The notes beneath the pieces were generated by a model that did no database searches, had not been told where the DNA came from, and saw nothing but the letters and a program-made list of their open reading frames with translations. A DNA stretch of 64,000 nucleotides. Source: an uncultured delta proteobacterium. Lineage in GTDB: Bacteria > Desulfobacterota > Desulfobacteria > Desulfobacterales > QNYZ01. Below, piece after piece: positions 1-11,023 of the stretch (position 1 is its first letter; each line of letters starts with the position of its first letter). The translations under genes and the position numbers were made by a program. The DNA lies in assembly GCA_963845145.1 (NCBI GenBank), contig CAWJQU010000008.1, positions 1 to 64,000 of the forward strand. The letters run 5' to 3'.

Positions 1-1302
1 GTGCGAATCATTATCCTAATCTCCATTATTTTGGCCTTTATGATGATCACCCTGCGTCGGTTTCTGGATAAAAAAATCATCACGCCCTTGGAGACCATCG
101 CCTTGGAGAATCGCCGTTTCATGGAAGACGAATTGCCAAGTCAGTACCATATCGTTGACCGACGACACCCGAGGAGAAACGAGGGAAATCGCCTCTACCC
201 GATCAAAAATGCTTGATTCGATTTTAAAGGTCTCCGGGGAACGGTTCGCGCCGGGGTAACTTTATCCGGGATACCTTCGGGCGTTACATGCCCAAGAAAG
301 TGGTGGATGAAATTCTGGAATCCCCCCGGGCCGCAAAATCGGCGGGCGGCGAGAAACAACCACGGTCCTTATGTCCGATTTAAGGGGCTTTACCGGCCTT
401 TCCGAAACCCACAAACCTGAAGACCTTGTTCGCCTGCTCAACCTGTACCTTGACCGAATGTCTGAAGTTATTCATACCCATGAAGGCACGATCGATGATT
501 TCATCGGCGATGCTATCCTGGCGATTTTCGGGGCACCGGAAAAACACGATGACGACCCCGCTCGCGCTGTGGCCTGTGCGCTGGCTATGCAAAAAGCCCT
601 GTATGAATTCAACCGGGAAAATGCCGAAGAAGGTATTCCACCCTTTGAGATGGGCGTCGGAATCGAAACCGGCGAGGTGATTATGGGCAACATCGGATCC
701 GAAACACGTATGAAGTACAGTGTTATTGGAACGACGGTGAACATCGCCTCACGCCTGGAATCCCAGACGACAGGGGGACAGGTCGTCATCGGCGAATCAA
801 CCTACCGTCTGGTTAAGCATCTGGTCGACACCGATCCACCTTTTAGCATCATGATGAAAGGCATTCGCAAACCCCTTATCGGCTACCCGGTAACTCAGAT
901 CGGTGCGCCATTTAATCTATCCATCGCCGACATATACCGTCCGCAGGACCAGACCCTCATTCGGATTTCATTTAAATGTTGGACCGTCAAGGACAAGGTC
1001 GTCCTGCCGGATTTCGTAAACAGAAGACCCTCTCCATCAATGAGACACATATTACCGCAACTGTAGAAAAAGAATTGCCCCCGTTAACTGATATAAAAAT
1101 GACATTCGAATTCTGTACCGACGTCCACTGTTTTAACGATATCTATGCCAAAGTCACTTCCGTTCAAAAAGCGACCCAGGGCATCATTCACACCTTTCGC
1201 ATCACCTTTGTTGATCCCAAAGACCGCAAGGTCTTGGCCGATTTAACCCATACCGATTCGCCCAAAGTTAAAGGATCAGATTGTCACATGTATATCAACT
1301 AA
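1..1302 (+). CDS. Membrane-anchored class III adenylate/guanylate cyclase (TM-HAMP-like, cyclase, C-terminal PilZ-like barrel); 5' end outside window; frameshifted
   Basis: ORF 371-1066 has SDLRGFT, DDFIGDAILAIFGAP and KYSVIGTTVNIASRLES cyclase motifs; 1-216 has a TM helix; 976-1302 continues the C-terminus in another frame. Confidence 0.8.
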
Positions 1303-1318
1303 ACGGAGTTTACCTGTC

Positions 1319-3801
1319 ATGAAGAATAGCATCTTATTTAAAAATTGGGGAACTTTTAAAAAGGGTATGGATCCCGATAGTATTCAGCTGTCATTCGCCA
1401 ATCACCTGGAATATTCTCTATCCAAAGACCAATATACCGCCACTTATCGGGACTTGTATCAATCCCTGGCTCTGGCCGCCAGAGACCGGATGATCGAGCG
1501 ATGGATACGTACCCAGCAAATGTACCATGATCTGGATGTGAAAAGGGTTTACTACCTTTCGGCCGAATACCTGATGGGGCGGGCTTGATCAACACCTTGA
1601 TCAATCTTGACATGTACGAACAGACCAAAACGGCCATGGCGGCGCTGAATATCGATCTGTCCGATTTGGCTGAAATGGAGCCGGACATGGGTCTCGGCAA
1701 TGGCGGGCTGGGCAGCTGGCGGCCTGTTTCCTGGATTCCATGGCCGCCCTTGAAATTCCTGCCCACGGTTACGGCATCCGTTATGAATTCGGGATATTCG
1801 ATCAGGTGATTCACGATAAAGGGCAGGTCGAACAACCTGAAGTTTGGTTGAAATACGGTAATCCATGGGAAATTGCCCGCCCGGAATACAGTTACAATGT
1901 TCAGTTTTACGGCCGGGTCAAGCAAAAACAACTGCCGGATGGAGATATCAAAACCAAATGGACGGATACCCAGAGCGTTATTGGCATTGCCTACGATATA
2001 CCTATCGATGGATATCGATAATAATACGGTCAACACCTTAAGACTTTGGTCGGCCCGGGCTTCCAAGGAGTTTGATCTGAATTATTTCCAGCACGGAGAT
2101 TATTTAAAGGCAGTGGAAGAAAAAAATGTCTCGGAAAATATCTCCAAGGTTTTGTATCCCAATGATGCGATCTATGAAGGCAGGGAATTGCGGCTAAAAC
2201 AGCAATACTTTTTTGTATCCTGCTCGATCCAGGATATTCTCCGCCGATATCTCAAGGCGCACAAGACTTTTGATGAACTTCCGGATAAGGCGGCCATTCA
2301 GTTGAACGATACACACCCCTCCCTGGCGGTGGTTGAATTGATGCGTATCCTGATCGATAAGCACGGTCTGAGCTGGGATAAAGCCTGGGATATCACCACC
2401 CGTACCTGTGCGTATACCAATCACACCTTACTGAGTGAGGCGCTTGAAAAATGGCCGGTCGCAATGTTTGAAAAACTTCTTACCGCGTCATTTGATGATT
2501 ATTTATGAAATCAACCGGCGCTTTATACGAGATGTGTCTATCCGCTATGTGGACAATAACGATCTGCAGAGACGAATGTCACTGATCGAAGAAGGGGACG
2601 GATAAAAAGATCCGCATGGCCCATCTGGCCATCGTCGGGTCCCATTCGGTTAACGGTGTAGCCAAGCTGCACAGCCGCCTGCTGCGAGAAAAAGTATTCC
2701 GTGATTTTGTTGAATTTTTCCCGGATCGCTTCAACAACAAAACCAACGGGATAACACCTCGGCGCTGGCTTTTGGCCTGCAATCCGGATTTAGCGGCCTG
2801 ATCAGCAAACATATATCCGGAAAATGGGCGAGCGATCTTACCCAGTTAAAGAAAATCGAACCCTGGCGGATAAGCTGATTTCAGGAAAGCCTGGCAAGCG
2901 GTTAAGATCCGCAGAATAAAGCCACGCTGGCCGGTATCGCTCTAGACCTGACCGACATCAAGGTAGATCCGGATATCTATCTTCGACATCCAGGTCAAGC
3001 GTATTCATGAATATAAACGTCAGTTCATGAACATCCTCCATGTTGCCTACTGCTGGTTGAAGCTTAAAAACGATCCCGAATTTGATATGGTGCCACGAAC
3101 TTATTTCTTTGGTGGCAAGGCGGCGCCCGGGTTATTTCACAGCCAAGACAATTATTCAGCTCATTTGCCATGTCGCCTCGGCGATCAACCTCGATTCCTC
3201 CACCAACGATCGGATCAAGGTGGTGTTTCCTGCCGAACTACCGGGTGTCACTGGCCGAAAGAATTTTCCCGGCGGCAGATGTGTCCGAACAGATCTCCAC
3301 CGCCGGTTACGAGGCTTCAGGCACCTCCAACATGAAATTCGCTTTAAACGGCGCATTGACCATCGGCACGCTGGACGGTGCCAATATTGAAATTATGGAG
3401 GCGGTGGGCGCTGAAAATATATATATTTTCGGGTTGACGGCCGAAGAGGTCTCCGCTGACAACCCTTATGATCCTCGTGAATTCTACGCCAAAGACCCTC
3501 TTCTAAAAGAAACGGTGGATCTTATCCGCCGCGGTTTCTTCAATCCCGCCGCGCCCGACCTTTTCCACCCGCTGATCGATGACTTGCTGAATGTGGACCG
3601 TTTCCGTAACCTGAATGATTTTGAAGCCTACCATCAGGCCCAAATGCAGATCGACAGACCTATCGCTCAATATGAAGCATGGACCCGCAAATCGATATCA
3701 ATGTGGCCCGCATGGGCCGGTTTTCATCCGATCGAACGATTGCCGAATACAACCGTGATATCTGGCATGCAGAGCCTGTGAAAGTGATAAAGGATAATTA
3801 G
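1319..3801 (+). CDS. glgP: Glycogen/starch phosphorylase, split by multiple indels
   Basis: Consecutive fragments with [50 protein letters not shown] and [25 protein letters not shown] (PLP lysine motif); reconstructed stop TAG ends at 3801. Confidence 0.92.
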
Positions 3802-3930
3802 CATGCGGTGATCGAGTATATTTATGTTGAAAATGGGCTTGGCACCTGGAATCTTGAATTTCCCGGTTTCTCCAACTTATCAGTGGGTCAGATGTGGATG
3901 ATATTTTTAGTTTTAGGATAGTTAGGTGAA

Positions 3931-4899
3931 TTAATTTAGTTGAAAATAAGAATACCCATCCTTTTCACACTGATTCACGACCTTTCGGTGGCATAAATAA
4001 TTCAAGTGAGCCAAGGTTTCGCCGGTGGCAAGGAGCTGATGCCAATATGGGAACCGATCCCATTCAGGCCAAGCTGCATTCCAGCGCAGTTTTGAAGCTA
4101 TACAGTAAGCGCTTAATTCACAGCCAGCCAAAAGAGTCACAATCTCCTGGCATCTATCATCATGGTGTGAATTGATATCTCTGATGCGCTTCTTAACATT
4201 TTGGATCGCAAGACCATGCCCGGGCAGAAGCAGTTGAATGGAATAATTCAGAATCTTTTCCAAACTTGATCGATAATCATGTAATGGATTGTCATCTTTG
4301 CACCATGTTTGAATGGTAGGTGTGATCTTATCCAAGATAAGATCACCGGACAGCAGTATTTCCCGCTTTGGCTCATAGAGGCATAAATGGCCGCTTGTAT
4401 GTCCGGGAGTTTCAATACAGAAAAATTCAAACTCACCAGCACTCAGATGGGTTCCTTCGGATACGGCGGTATAATCAAGATTTGAAGGTTTGCGATACCT
4501 GTTTCCAGGATGGTCTGTGATAGCTTTATAAATTTTATCTTCCGGAAAGCCATTCAACAGCGCGGCAGTAGATACAGATGACCAATATTGTGTGTTACTG
4601 TAATTATCGGCATCTGGTTTACTCATATAAACGACTGAATCAGTGATATTTAATCTGGATAGAAGCCCAGAATGATCAGCATGAAAATGTGTTATGAAAA
4701 AGTCAATCTTTTTCAAATCCAAATTGAGACGGGATAAACAGAAATAAAATGCGCTTTCGCAAACCTTCCGGTTTAACCCGGTATCGATGATCAGCGAACG
4801 TGGTTGAGCGTGGATAACATAGACATTTACTACCTTTAATGCACTGTTTGGCAAAGGAATTTTTAGGCAAAAGATGTTTTTGTAAATTTCGGAAATCAT
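3931..4899 (-). CDS. Metallo-beta-lactamase-fold hydrolase
   Basis: THFHADHSG, TPGHTSGH, SGD and PGHG metal-binding motifs; ATG 4899 preferred to TTG 4914. Confidence 0.85.
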   Translation of the reverse strand: MISEIYKNIFCLKIPLPNSALKVVNVYVIHAQPRSLIIDTGLNRKVCESAFYFCLSRLNLDLKKIDFFITHFHADHSGLLSRLNITDSVVYMSKPDADNYSNTQYWSSVSTAALLNGFPEDKIYKAITDHPGNRYRKPSNLDYTAVSEGTHLSAGEFEFFCIETPGHTSGHLCLYEPKREILLSGDLILDKITPTIQTWCKDDNPLHDYRSSLEKILNYSIQLLLPGHGLAIQNVKKRIRDINSHHDDRCQEIVTLLAGCELSAYCIASKLRWNAAWPEWDRFPYWHQLLATGETLAHLNYLCHRKVVNQCEKDGYSYFQLN

Positions 4900-4950
4900 T
4901 ATAGTAACGAGCAATTGTAACAGGCGGCCAAGTATCCCGAAAGGGATGGA

Positions 4951-6879
4951 TTATGAAAATTTGCGCTTGAGTCCATAGTGCATGATGATTGCAACGATTA
5001 TTACGCCTACTCCGATTAGGTCGGTTATGGCCTTGGGGTGAAATATAAGAAATCCGCCAAACATAAAAACGCCACGAATAGGCCAAGAAATTCTTTTAAG
5101 GAAAAAACAATAGCCTTCAAATCCTGCACATAATAAAACAATTCCTAAAGCTGCCGTCGACATAGCCGTAAAGATCTCTACAATCGTTCCCTGACCTACC
5201 AGGCTCGGATTGTAAACAAAGAAAAAGGGAACGAGCAGAGAAACAAAACCTAATTTTACAGCCTGAAACCCTGTTTTAAGTGGATTCGCTTGGGCAATGC
5301 TCGCTGCTGCGTAGGCGGCCAATGCCACCGGTGGTGTAATATATGAAACCGAACCCCAATAAACCAGAAATAGATGTGCTGACATCTCATTTATACCAAG
5401 ATTAACCAAAGTTGGGGCTAGTAACATAGCCAAAAAGATATAACATGCTGATATTGTAAGGCCGATACCCAATAAGAAGCTTGTGACTGCGCCCGGGCCA
5501 GCAATAAAATAAGGTGATCTCCACCGATTCTAGTCAGATAACCGGAAAATCCGTGCGCGGTCCCAGTCAGCGAAAGGGCCCCGATGATCATGCCCACCCC
5601 CATCATAATGCCCATCAACTCCGTCAATATTTTCCCGGTGCCATCCGTTAGATTTAAAATTGATTTTAAGTTTAGCCGCGTCTGCTTTCGGAAATTCGCC
5701 AAAAGAAGAAGAACCACGGTTGCGTAGTACGGCGCCATGGCCTCAAGCCTGAGAAAAAAAATGAAATAAATTAAGACGGCTAGCGCTGCAAGATAAAACC
5801 AACCCTCTTTTAACGTCCCCAACAAAGGCGGCAGGTCTTCTTTTTGGGAGCCCCCGGAGACCAGCTTTGGCGGCATAAAAATCGGTTTGAGTGAAAAGGG
5901 AGATCCAATAAAGAAGAACCGGTAGTGCTGCAGCGATACAAACTTCTGCATAAGATATCATAAGGAAATCAGCCATGATAAATGCAGTAACCCCCATCAC
6001 CGGAGGCGTAAGAACGCCTCCTTTAGAGGCGCAGGCCTCGATAGCTGCAGCATAATAAGATGGATACCCCATACGCTTCATGGTCGGAATGGTGATCGCG
6101 CCCGTGGTAACGACATTGGCAATGGCGCTGCCCGACATGGTAGCAAAAAAGGCACTTGACAGAATGGATACCTTTGCGGGCCCGCCGCGAAAACCACCCA
6201 AAATAGATAGGCAGAATTTGATAAAGAAGTTTGCAGCACCGGTTGTTTGAAGTGCCACGGCAAAGATCATATATCCCATAAGCAATCGACTGAAAACCTG
6301 TATTGGAAGGCCAAAAATACTCTGCACACCTAAAAAATGAAATCCCAGGATGCGCGATAGGCTATACTGTTTTGCCATGAGTATGCCAGGGCAAATGTGT
6401 GCAAACAGTGGGTATGAAGAAATTATTAGCACCACGATGGCCAATAGGGTTCCTCCCGCCCTGCGAACAGCTTCAATTGTTAGGGCCCAAATGATTAAAG
6501 CCAGGACTTTTCCGAGCAAAGGAGGCGCTACTTCCCACCCTTTTTGAAGGATCTCCATATTGTAAGTTATGACGAAGATTGGGCCTAAAAGTGAAACGAT
6601 GGCCAGAAAAATATCGTATAATGGGATCTTGTCCTTAGGGGCTTTTGAAGAGGCGGGGAAAATCAAGAACGTAAAAGACAAAAATGCTGCAACCAAAATT
6701 GAAAAATAGGACATCTCCGGCATCACATAGTTGAAAATGACAATCTTAAAAACAAAAAAAAATGAGAGAATTATACAAACAGCTGTAAAACCTCGAAAAT
6801 AGAGTCTCGGAATTCCCTTCAATTCTCGGTATCTGGCGGTAGGTTTCAATTGTGATGCACCTTCGAGCTTTTTGGTCAT
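4951..6879 (-). CDS. TRAP transporter fused 4TM/12TM permease (TAXI type), two frameshifts
   Basis: Three overlapping hydrophobic ORFs with GGPAKVSILSS, SGSAIANVVTTG, PPVMG and ITPPVALAAYAAA motifs. Confidence 0.88.
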
Positions 6880-6949
6880 AAATTAGAGTCCTTCTGTTTT
6901 GCTGATAAAGACACACCATATAGCAAAAATGAATCAAAACAATTAATTT

Positions 6950-6985
6950 GATGGGGGCTGGATAAAATGTTTTCCAACCCCCATC
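6950..6985 (-). promoter_or_regulatory. Stem-loop between TAXI receptor and permease (possible mRNA stabiliser or partial terminator)
   Basis: 13-bp stem GATGGGGGTTGGA/TCCAGCCCCCATC with one G-U pair on the minus-strand RNA. Confidence 0.5.
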
Positions 6986-6998
6986 GATAATAGACAAA

Positions 6999-8057
6999 TT
7001 ATTTTGCTTTAAAGGCCGCTTGACGCTTCTCGAAACTTTTTACCTGCTCTGCCTGCCATTTATCCATCTCAGATGTCCACACACCTGCTTCCTTGTAATA
7101 ACGTATGGCTCCCTCATGATAAGGAACCGGGCTTGGATCGGCCACTGCCTGATCAATATTCCACTTTGGCATAGCTTTATGCATGTCTTTATAGACATCA
7201 AAGCCTTGATGCATAGACTTAACAACAGCATAAATTACATCCGCGCTCACGTTATCATACGCCCATATGGAATACGGATACTGGTCTATCTCCATGGTCT
7301 CACCCTCAGCTAGGCCCGGCGCTTTACTGCAGACAGCTGGAGTGAGCCAGGGGGCAATTGACTGCATCCTTGCCCAGGCTGCCTTGTCATCATGGGGCAG
7401 ATGGATCCACGCAGCCTTGTGGGGGCCGGCATTCAACTCTTTAACCGCGGAGGTGATGGTTGCAGCAATAGCGATATCGACCTTTCCTTCCATAACGCCC
7501 TTGATGCAATCAACATATCCTGACATTGGCACTTTAACGACATCATCCCAGGTCATGTTACCAAACGCCAAATAGGATTCCATAATCGTATTGCCTGAAG
7601 CCCAGCCCGGAACCCAGGGAACTTTTTTGCCTTTAAGGTCCTGCATATATTTTAGTCCCGAGTTTCCTCTGACTACCGAGCTGCAAAATAATGTCATTCC
7701 TCGCCAGACGGTTCTTATTGGCTGGGGGCCCCATTCCTTACCTGAAAAGTCGACCAAGCCATAGCTGGCACATGTTCCTGTTGCACCTGTAACGAGAGTC
7801 AGCTCGCTTTCACCCATCTTGAGCGGTAAAATTCGTGCGACATCAGTACCATATGGCTCAACGCGAACTTTCATGGGTGTAAGCTGTTCAATTGCTTCTC
7901 TAAATCCACTAGTGGCCGTATAGCCAAAGGATCCTGCTTTGTAGGAAGTAAAGGTTATCAAATTGGGTAGATCGGCGGCACCTGCAGGGAGTGCTGGCTG
8001 GAATAATAAAACCACGGCGAAAATAAGTAGTAAGATGGTGCAAGGGTGTTTCTTCAT
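6999..8057 (-). CDS. TAXI-family TRAP solute-binding protein
   Basis: Signal peptide, DLKGKKV and VPYHEGAIRYYKEAGVW C-terminal signature; strong AAGGAGG RBS; adjacent to the fused permease. Confidence 0.88.
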   Translation of the reverse strand: MKKHPCTILLLIFAVVLLFQPALPAGAADLPNLITFTSYKAGSFGYTATSGFREAIEQLTPMKVRVEPYGTDVARILPLKMGESELTLVTGATGTCASYGLVDFSGKEWGPQPIRTVWRGMTLFCSSVVRGNSGLKYMQDLKGKKVPWVPGWASGNTIMESYLAFGNMTWDDVVKVPMSGYVDCIKGVMEGKVDIAIAATITSAVKELNAGPHKAAWIHLPHDDKAAWARMQSIAPWLTPAVCSKAPGLAEGETMEIDQYPYSIWAYDNVSADVIYAVVKSMHQGFDVYKDMHKAMPKWNIDQAVADPSPVPYHEGAIRYYKEAGVWTSEMDKWQAEQVKSFEKRQAAFKAK

Positions 8058-8195
8058 ATCAAGCCTCCTTTGTTATTGGAACGGTTTAGATCAAAATTAT
8101 TGTAACATCCGAATGCTCACCACCTCCTTTTATCTTTTTAAACACGAACATTTCCATGTTCCACCAGTAGTTTTGGCAGTACAGGAAAACTATTT

Positions 8196-8963
8196 TTACC
8201 CTACTGCCCCTCCGCCATCGACGGGCAGCGAAATGCCGGTAATCCAAGAAGCTTGAGGAGAAACCAGGAACAGTGCCGCTTGGGCCATTTCTTCAGGCGT
8301 TCCAAATCTTTTTATTGCGCGACGATCCATGTAGTGCTGTGTGATCTTCTCCGGGTCATCAGAGGGATTTCGTGATAGAAACGAAGGCCATAAAGGGGTT
8401 TTAACGATCCCTGGACAGACGCAGTTTACCCGTATGTTGTCTTTGCCCAGATAATACGCCATACACCGGGTCAGCATGATCAGTCCGGCCTTGGAAACTG
8501 AGTATCCGGGGGAGATGGGGGATGGTCTGAAGCCTGCTCCGGAACCGGTATAAAGGATGTTACCTTGACCGGTTTTTCGTATTTCCTTGATGGCGTATTT
8601 GGTTCCAAAATAGGCGGCTTTAAGATTAATCGCCATGAGCATATCGTATTCGTCTTCTTCAGTGTTATCAACGAGGCCAGGTCCCGCAATTCCCGCATTG
8701 TGAAAAAATATGTCAAGTCTTCCACAAAGCTGAACGGTCATGTGAACCATCGATTCAATGTTCTTAACCTTACTGATGTCGGCATGAATATAATGGGCCT
8801 TGCCGCCTGCGTCTTGAATCTGCTGAACGGTTTCATTTGCCTCTTCATCCTTGATATCTGCGATGACAACGCTTGCTCCTTCTTGTGCAAATAACTTGGC
8901 CGAGGCAGCCCCAATCCCTGTGGCGGCACCGGTAATCAATGCAACTTGTCCTGCCAACATCAT
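8196..8963 (-). CDS. Short-chain dehydrogenase/reductase
   Basis: TGAATGIG, NAG, YSVSK catalytic motif, VDGG. Confidence 0.92.
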   Translation of the reverse strand: MMLAGQVALITGAATGIGAASAKLFAQEGASVVIADIKDEEANETVQQIQDAGGKAHYIHADISKVKNIESMVHMTVQLCGRLDIFFHNAGIAGPGLVDNTEEDEYDMLMAINLKAAYFGTKYAIKEIRKTGQGNILYTGSGAGFRPSPISPGYSVSKAGLIMLTRCMAYYLGKDNIRVNCVCPGIVKTPLWPSFLSRNPSDDPEKITQHYMDRRAIKRFGTPEEMAQAALFLVSPQASWITGISLPVDGGGAVG

Positions 8964-9029
8964 ATTTCCGCTCCTTTTTTCATTTTATCCCGATCATTGC
9001 AGATCGTGTTCATTCCGGAATTCCGGGTC

Positions 9030-10553
9030 TCAGGACATCTTTGAATCCCAGGGTTTTTCAGATGCAGCGTTTTGTCCCGTGATGCGACCAAAGGCAACAC
9101 AATCCGCCAAGTTACCGGAGGCCGGGTACAGGAAACCCCATACGGATCCTAATTCTCCCGCAGCATACAATCTCGGAATCGGCTTTCCAAATGGGTCCAT
9201 CACCTGGCCCTTGCTGTTGCGCCGTGGACCGCCCTGGGTGCTAATTCCCCCCGGATAAACTTTGATGGCATAGTAAGGCGGGGTATCTATAGGTTGCAAC
9301 GTATCTGGCGGCCTTCCAAAAACGTCATCTTTTCCCGTACCGCAAAAGTTGTTGTATCGCAAGATGGTCGACTCAAGATTATTAGGATCGATTTCTAAAT
9401 TCGTTGCAAGATCACTGATGGTGTTTCCTTGAACGATCCATCCCAATTCAATTTCTTTGGCGTTATCGGCACTCCATTTGATTTGTTCAACGACAACCGC
9501 CCATGTGCTCTTGATATTGATCGAAAGTTCGCCAGATTTGATTTTTCGAACAGAGGGAACCAGCGGCCCCACCTTTCGAGTGGCCTCGTCGAATACTACC
9601 ATCCACGGTATACGGGGGAACTCAGTATGAATAGGGTCGTAGACTGTTAACTCAGGCCAATTTCTACCGAAAATCGGGTCCTTTTTCTCATCCATGAATC
9701 TGCGACCGTACTTATCGACAAAGATAAACCCATCGCCCGGCATGGAAATAGAGGCACGGATGTCCCTACCTGGCACTTTAAATGCGGGCGCTAACGGCCC
9801 CAGTACACTTGACATGTGCCAAAGATCCGCACCTGCCTTTTGAGCCATGCGAATACCGTCCCCGGTATTTGCAGGTGAACCAAACCCTGAAATCGGCCAA
9901 GCGCTAAGGAAATCTTTCTGTATTTGGCTGTCAAATAAAAACCCGCCACATGTCAGTACCACTGCTCGATTAGCCTTGATATTAATGGGATTCCCGGGTT
10001 GGCCGGCGACTACGCCTATAATTTCACCCTCGTTCCCTTGTATGAGTTGGTTGCCTGGTGTTTCATAGAGAACGTCTATCCGTCTGTTGACAATATGTTT
10101 AGATAGAAGGGAAAAAAGTCCCTGCCCGTTCCCATGGGTATAATAGGATGTCGCACACCGGTTTGAGCCCGAAAGATGTGGAAAAGTTCCCAGACCACGC
10201 TTTCGTTTGTGTTCCGGTTGAGCCCCGAGGGATACGAGGTAGTCGGCGTTTTCGGACATGGTGACGGCCATGGTTTCTATCATATCATCATTCAGCTCGC
10301 CCTGCGCCAACGCCCGAATATAGCTTTTTGCAGCCGAAACATCCTCCGGCGAGAATACGATTCCGGCACTGGCCCTTGTATTCCCCCCCGCAAAACCGGG
10401 TTTCATCTTCTCGAGAATAATAGTTTCCGCCCCTGCATCGTGGCAGGTTATTCCGCAAACAGCACCAGCACCGCCGTAACCGACGACGACGACATCAGCC
10501 ACTTTTTCCCAAGCGATATTTTTTCCTGATACCGAATGTCGGGTTTGGGTCAT
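9030..10553 (-). CDS. FAD-dependent oxidoreductase, FAD_binding_2 (KstD/TcuA/flavocytochrome-like) family
   Basis: DVVVVGYGGAG, GGNTRASAG, NTGDGIRMA, TQGGPRRN and IPRLYAAGE motifs. Confidence 0.85.
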   Translation of the reverse strand: MTQTRHSVSGKNIAWEKVADVVVVGYGGAGAVCGITCHDAGAETIILEKMKPGFAGGNTRASAGIVFSPEDVSAAKSYIRALAQGELNDDMIETMAVTMSENADYLVSLGAQPEHKRKRGLGTFPHLSGSNRCATSYYTHGNGQGLFSLLSKHIVNRRIDVLYETPGNQLIQGNEGEIIGVVAGQPGNPINIKANRAVVLTCGGFLFDSQIQKDFLSAWPISGFGSPANTGDGIRMAQKAGADLWHMSSVLGPLAPAFKVPGRDIRASISMPGDGFIFVDKYGRRFMDEKKDPIFGRNWPELTVYDPIHTEFPRIPWMVVFDEATRKVGPLVPSVRKIKSGELSINIKSTWAVVVEQIKWSADNAKEIELGWIVQGNTISDLATNLEIDPNNLESTILRYNNFCGTGKDDVFGRPPDTLQPIDTPPYYAIKVYPGGISTQGGPRRNSKGQVMDPFGKPIPRLYAAGELGSVWGFLYPASGNLADCVAFGRITGQNAASEKPWDSKMS

Positions 10554-10679
10554 GAAATATCCATGCGCATAACAATTGTACCTATGCCAAAACTGTTGCC
10601 TGCCATGCTTATTCCGGCGTGAAATAATACGAAGCCGAATTCTTCGTTTTTATAAGAATGTATCTGGTGTTTGAAAAAC

Positions 10680-10695
10680 AGCAATATCTATGCCG
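10680..10695 (-). promoter_or_regulatory. Sigma-54 (-24/-12) promoter of the leftward operon
   Basis: Minus strand reads CGGCATAGATATTGCT, an exact GG-N10-GC with TTGC. Confidence 0.75.
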
Positions 10696-10767
10696 AGGTT
10701 AATTATTGCTTTTATTTTAAATAGATAAAATGTTTCGGTCATTTGATATCCATAGAAAACATCTGAT

Positions 10768-10784
10768 TGTTTACTAATTAAACA
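10768..10784. promoter_or_regulatory. Upstream activator site 1 (TGT-N11-ACA palindrome)
   Basis: TGTTTACTAATTAAACA; 16/17 identical to 12404-12420; about 80 bp upstream of the leftward -24 element. Confidence 0.75.
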
Positions 10785-11023
10785 CATCCTGATTCGATCT
10801 TACCTTTTTAGGGTGCAAGGCGGATCTCGCCTATGGGCCGATTATATCAGCTTTTCTAAGGGTTTGGGCCTATCCAGTCCCTATAGAATCGTTCCTTTCT
10901 AATTATAATAAGTTAAAAAAGAGGAAGATGGTGATCATATGGCTTGACTTAAAAGGATGGGCCATTTACAAAATATGTATACTTTATCCACAAGATTGCC
11001 ACTTAAAATTTGAAGGATTGAAA

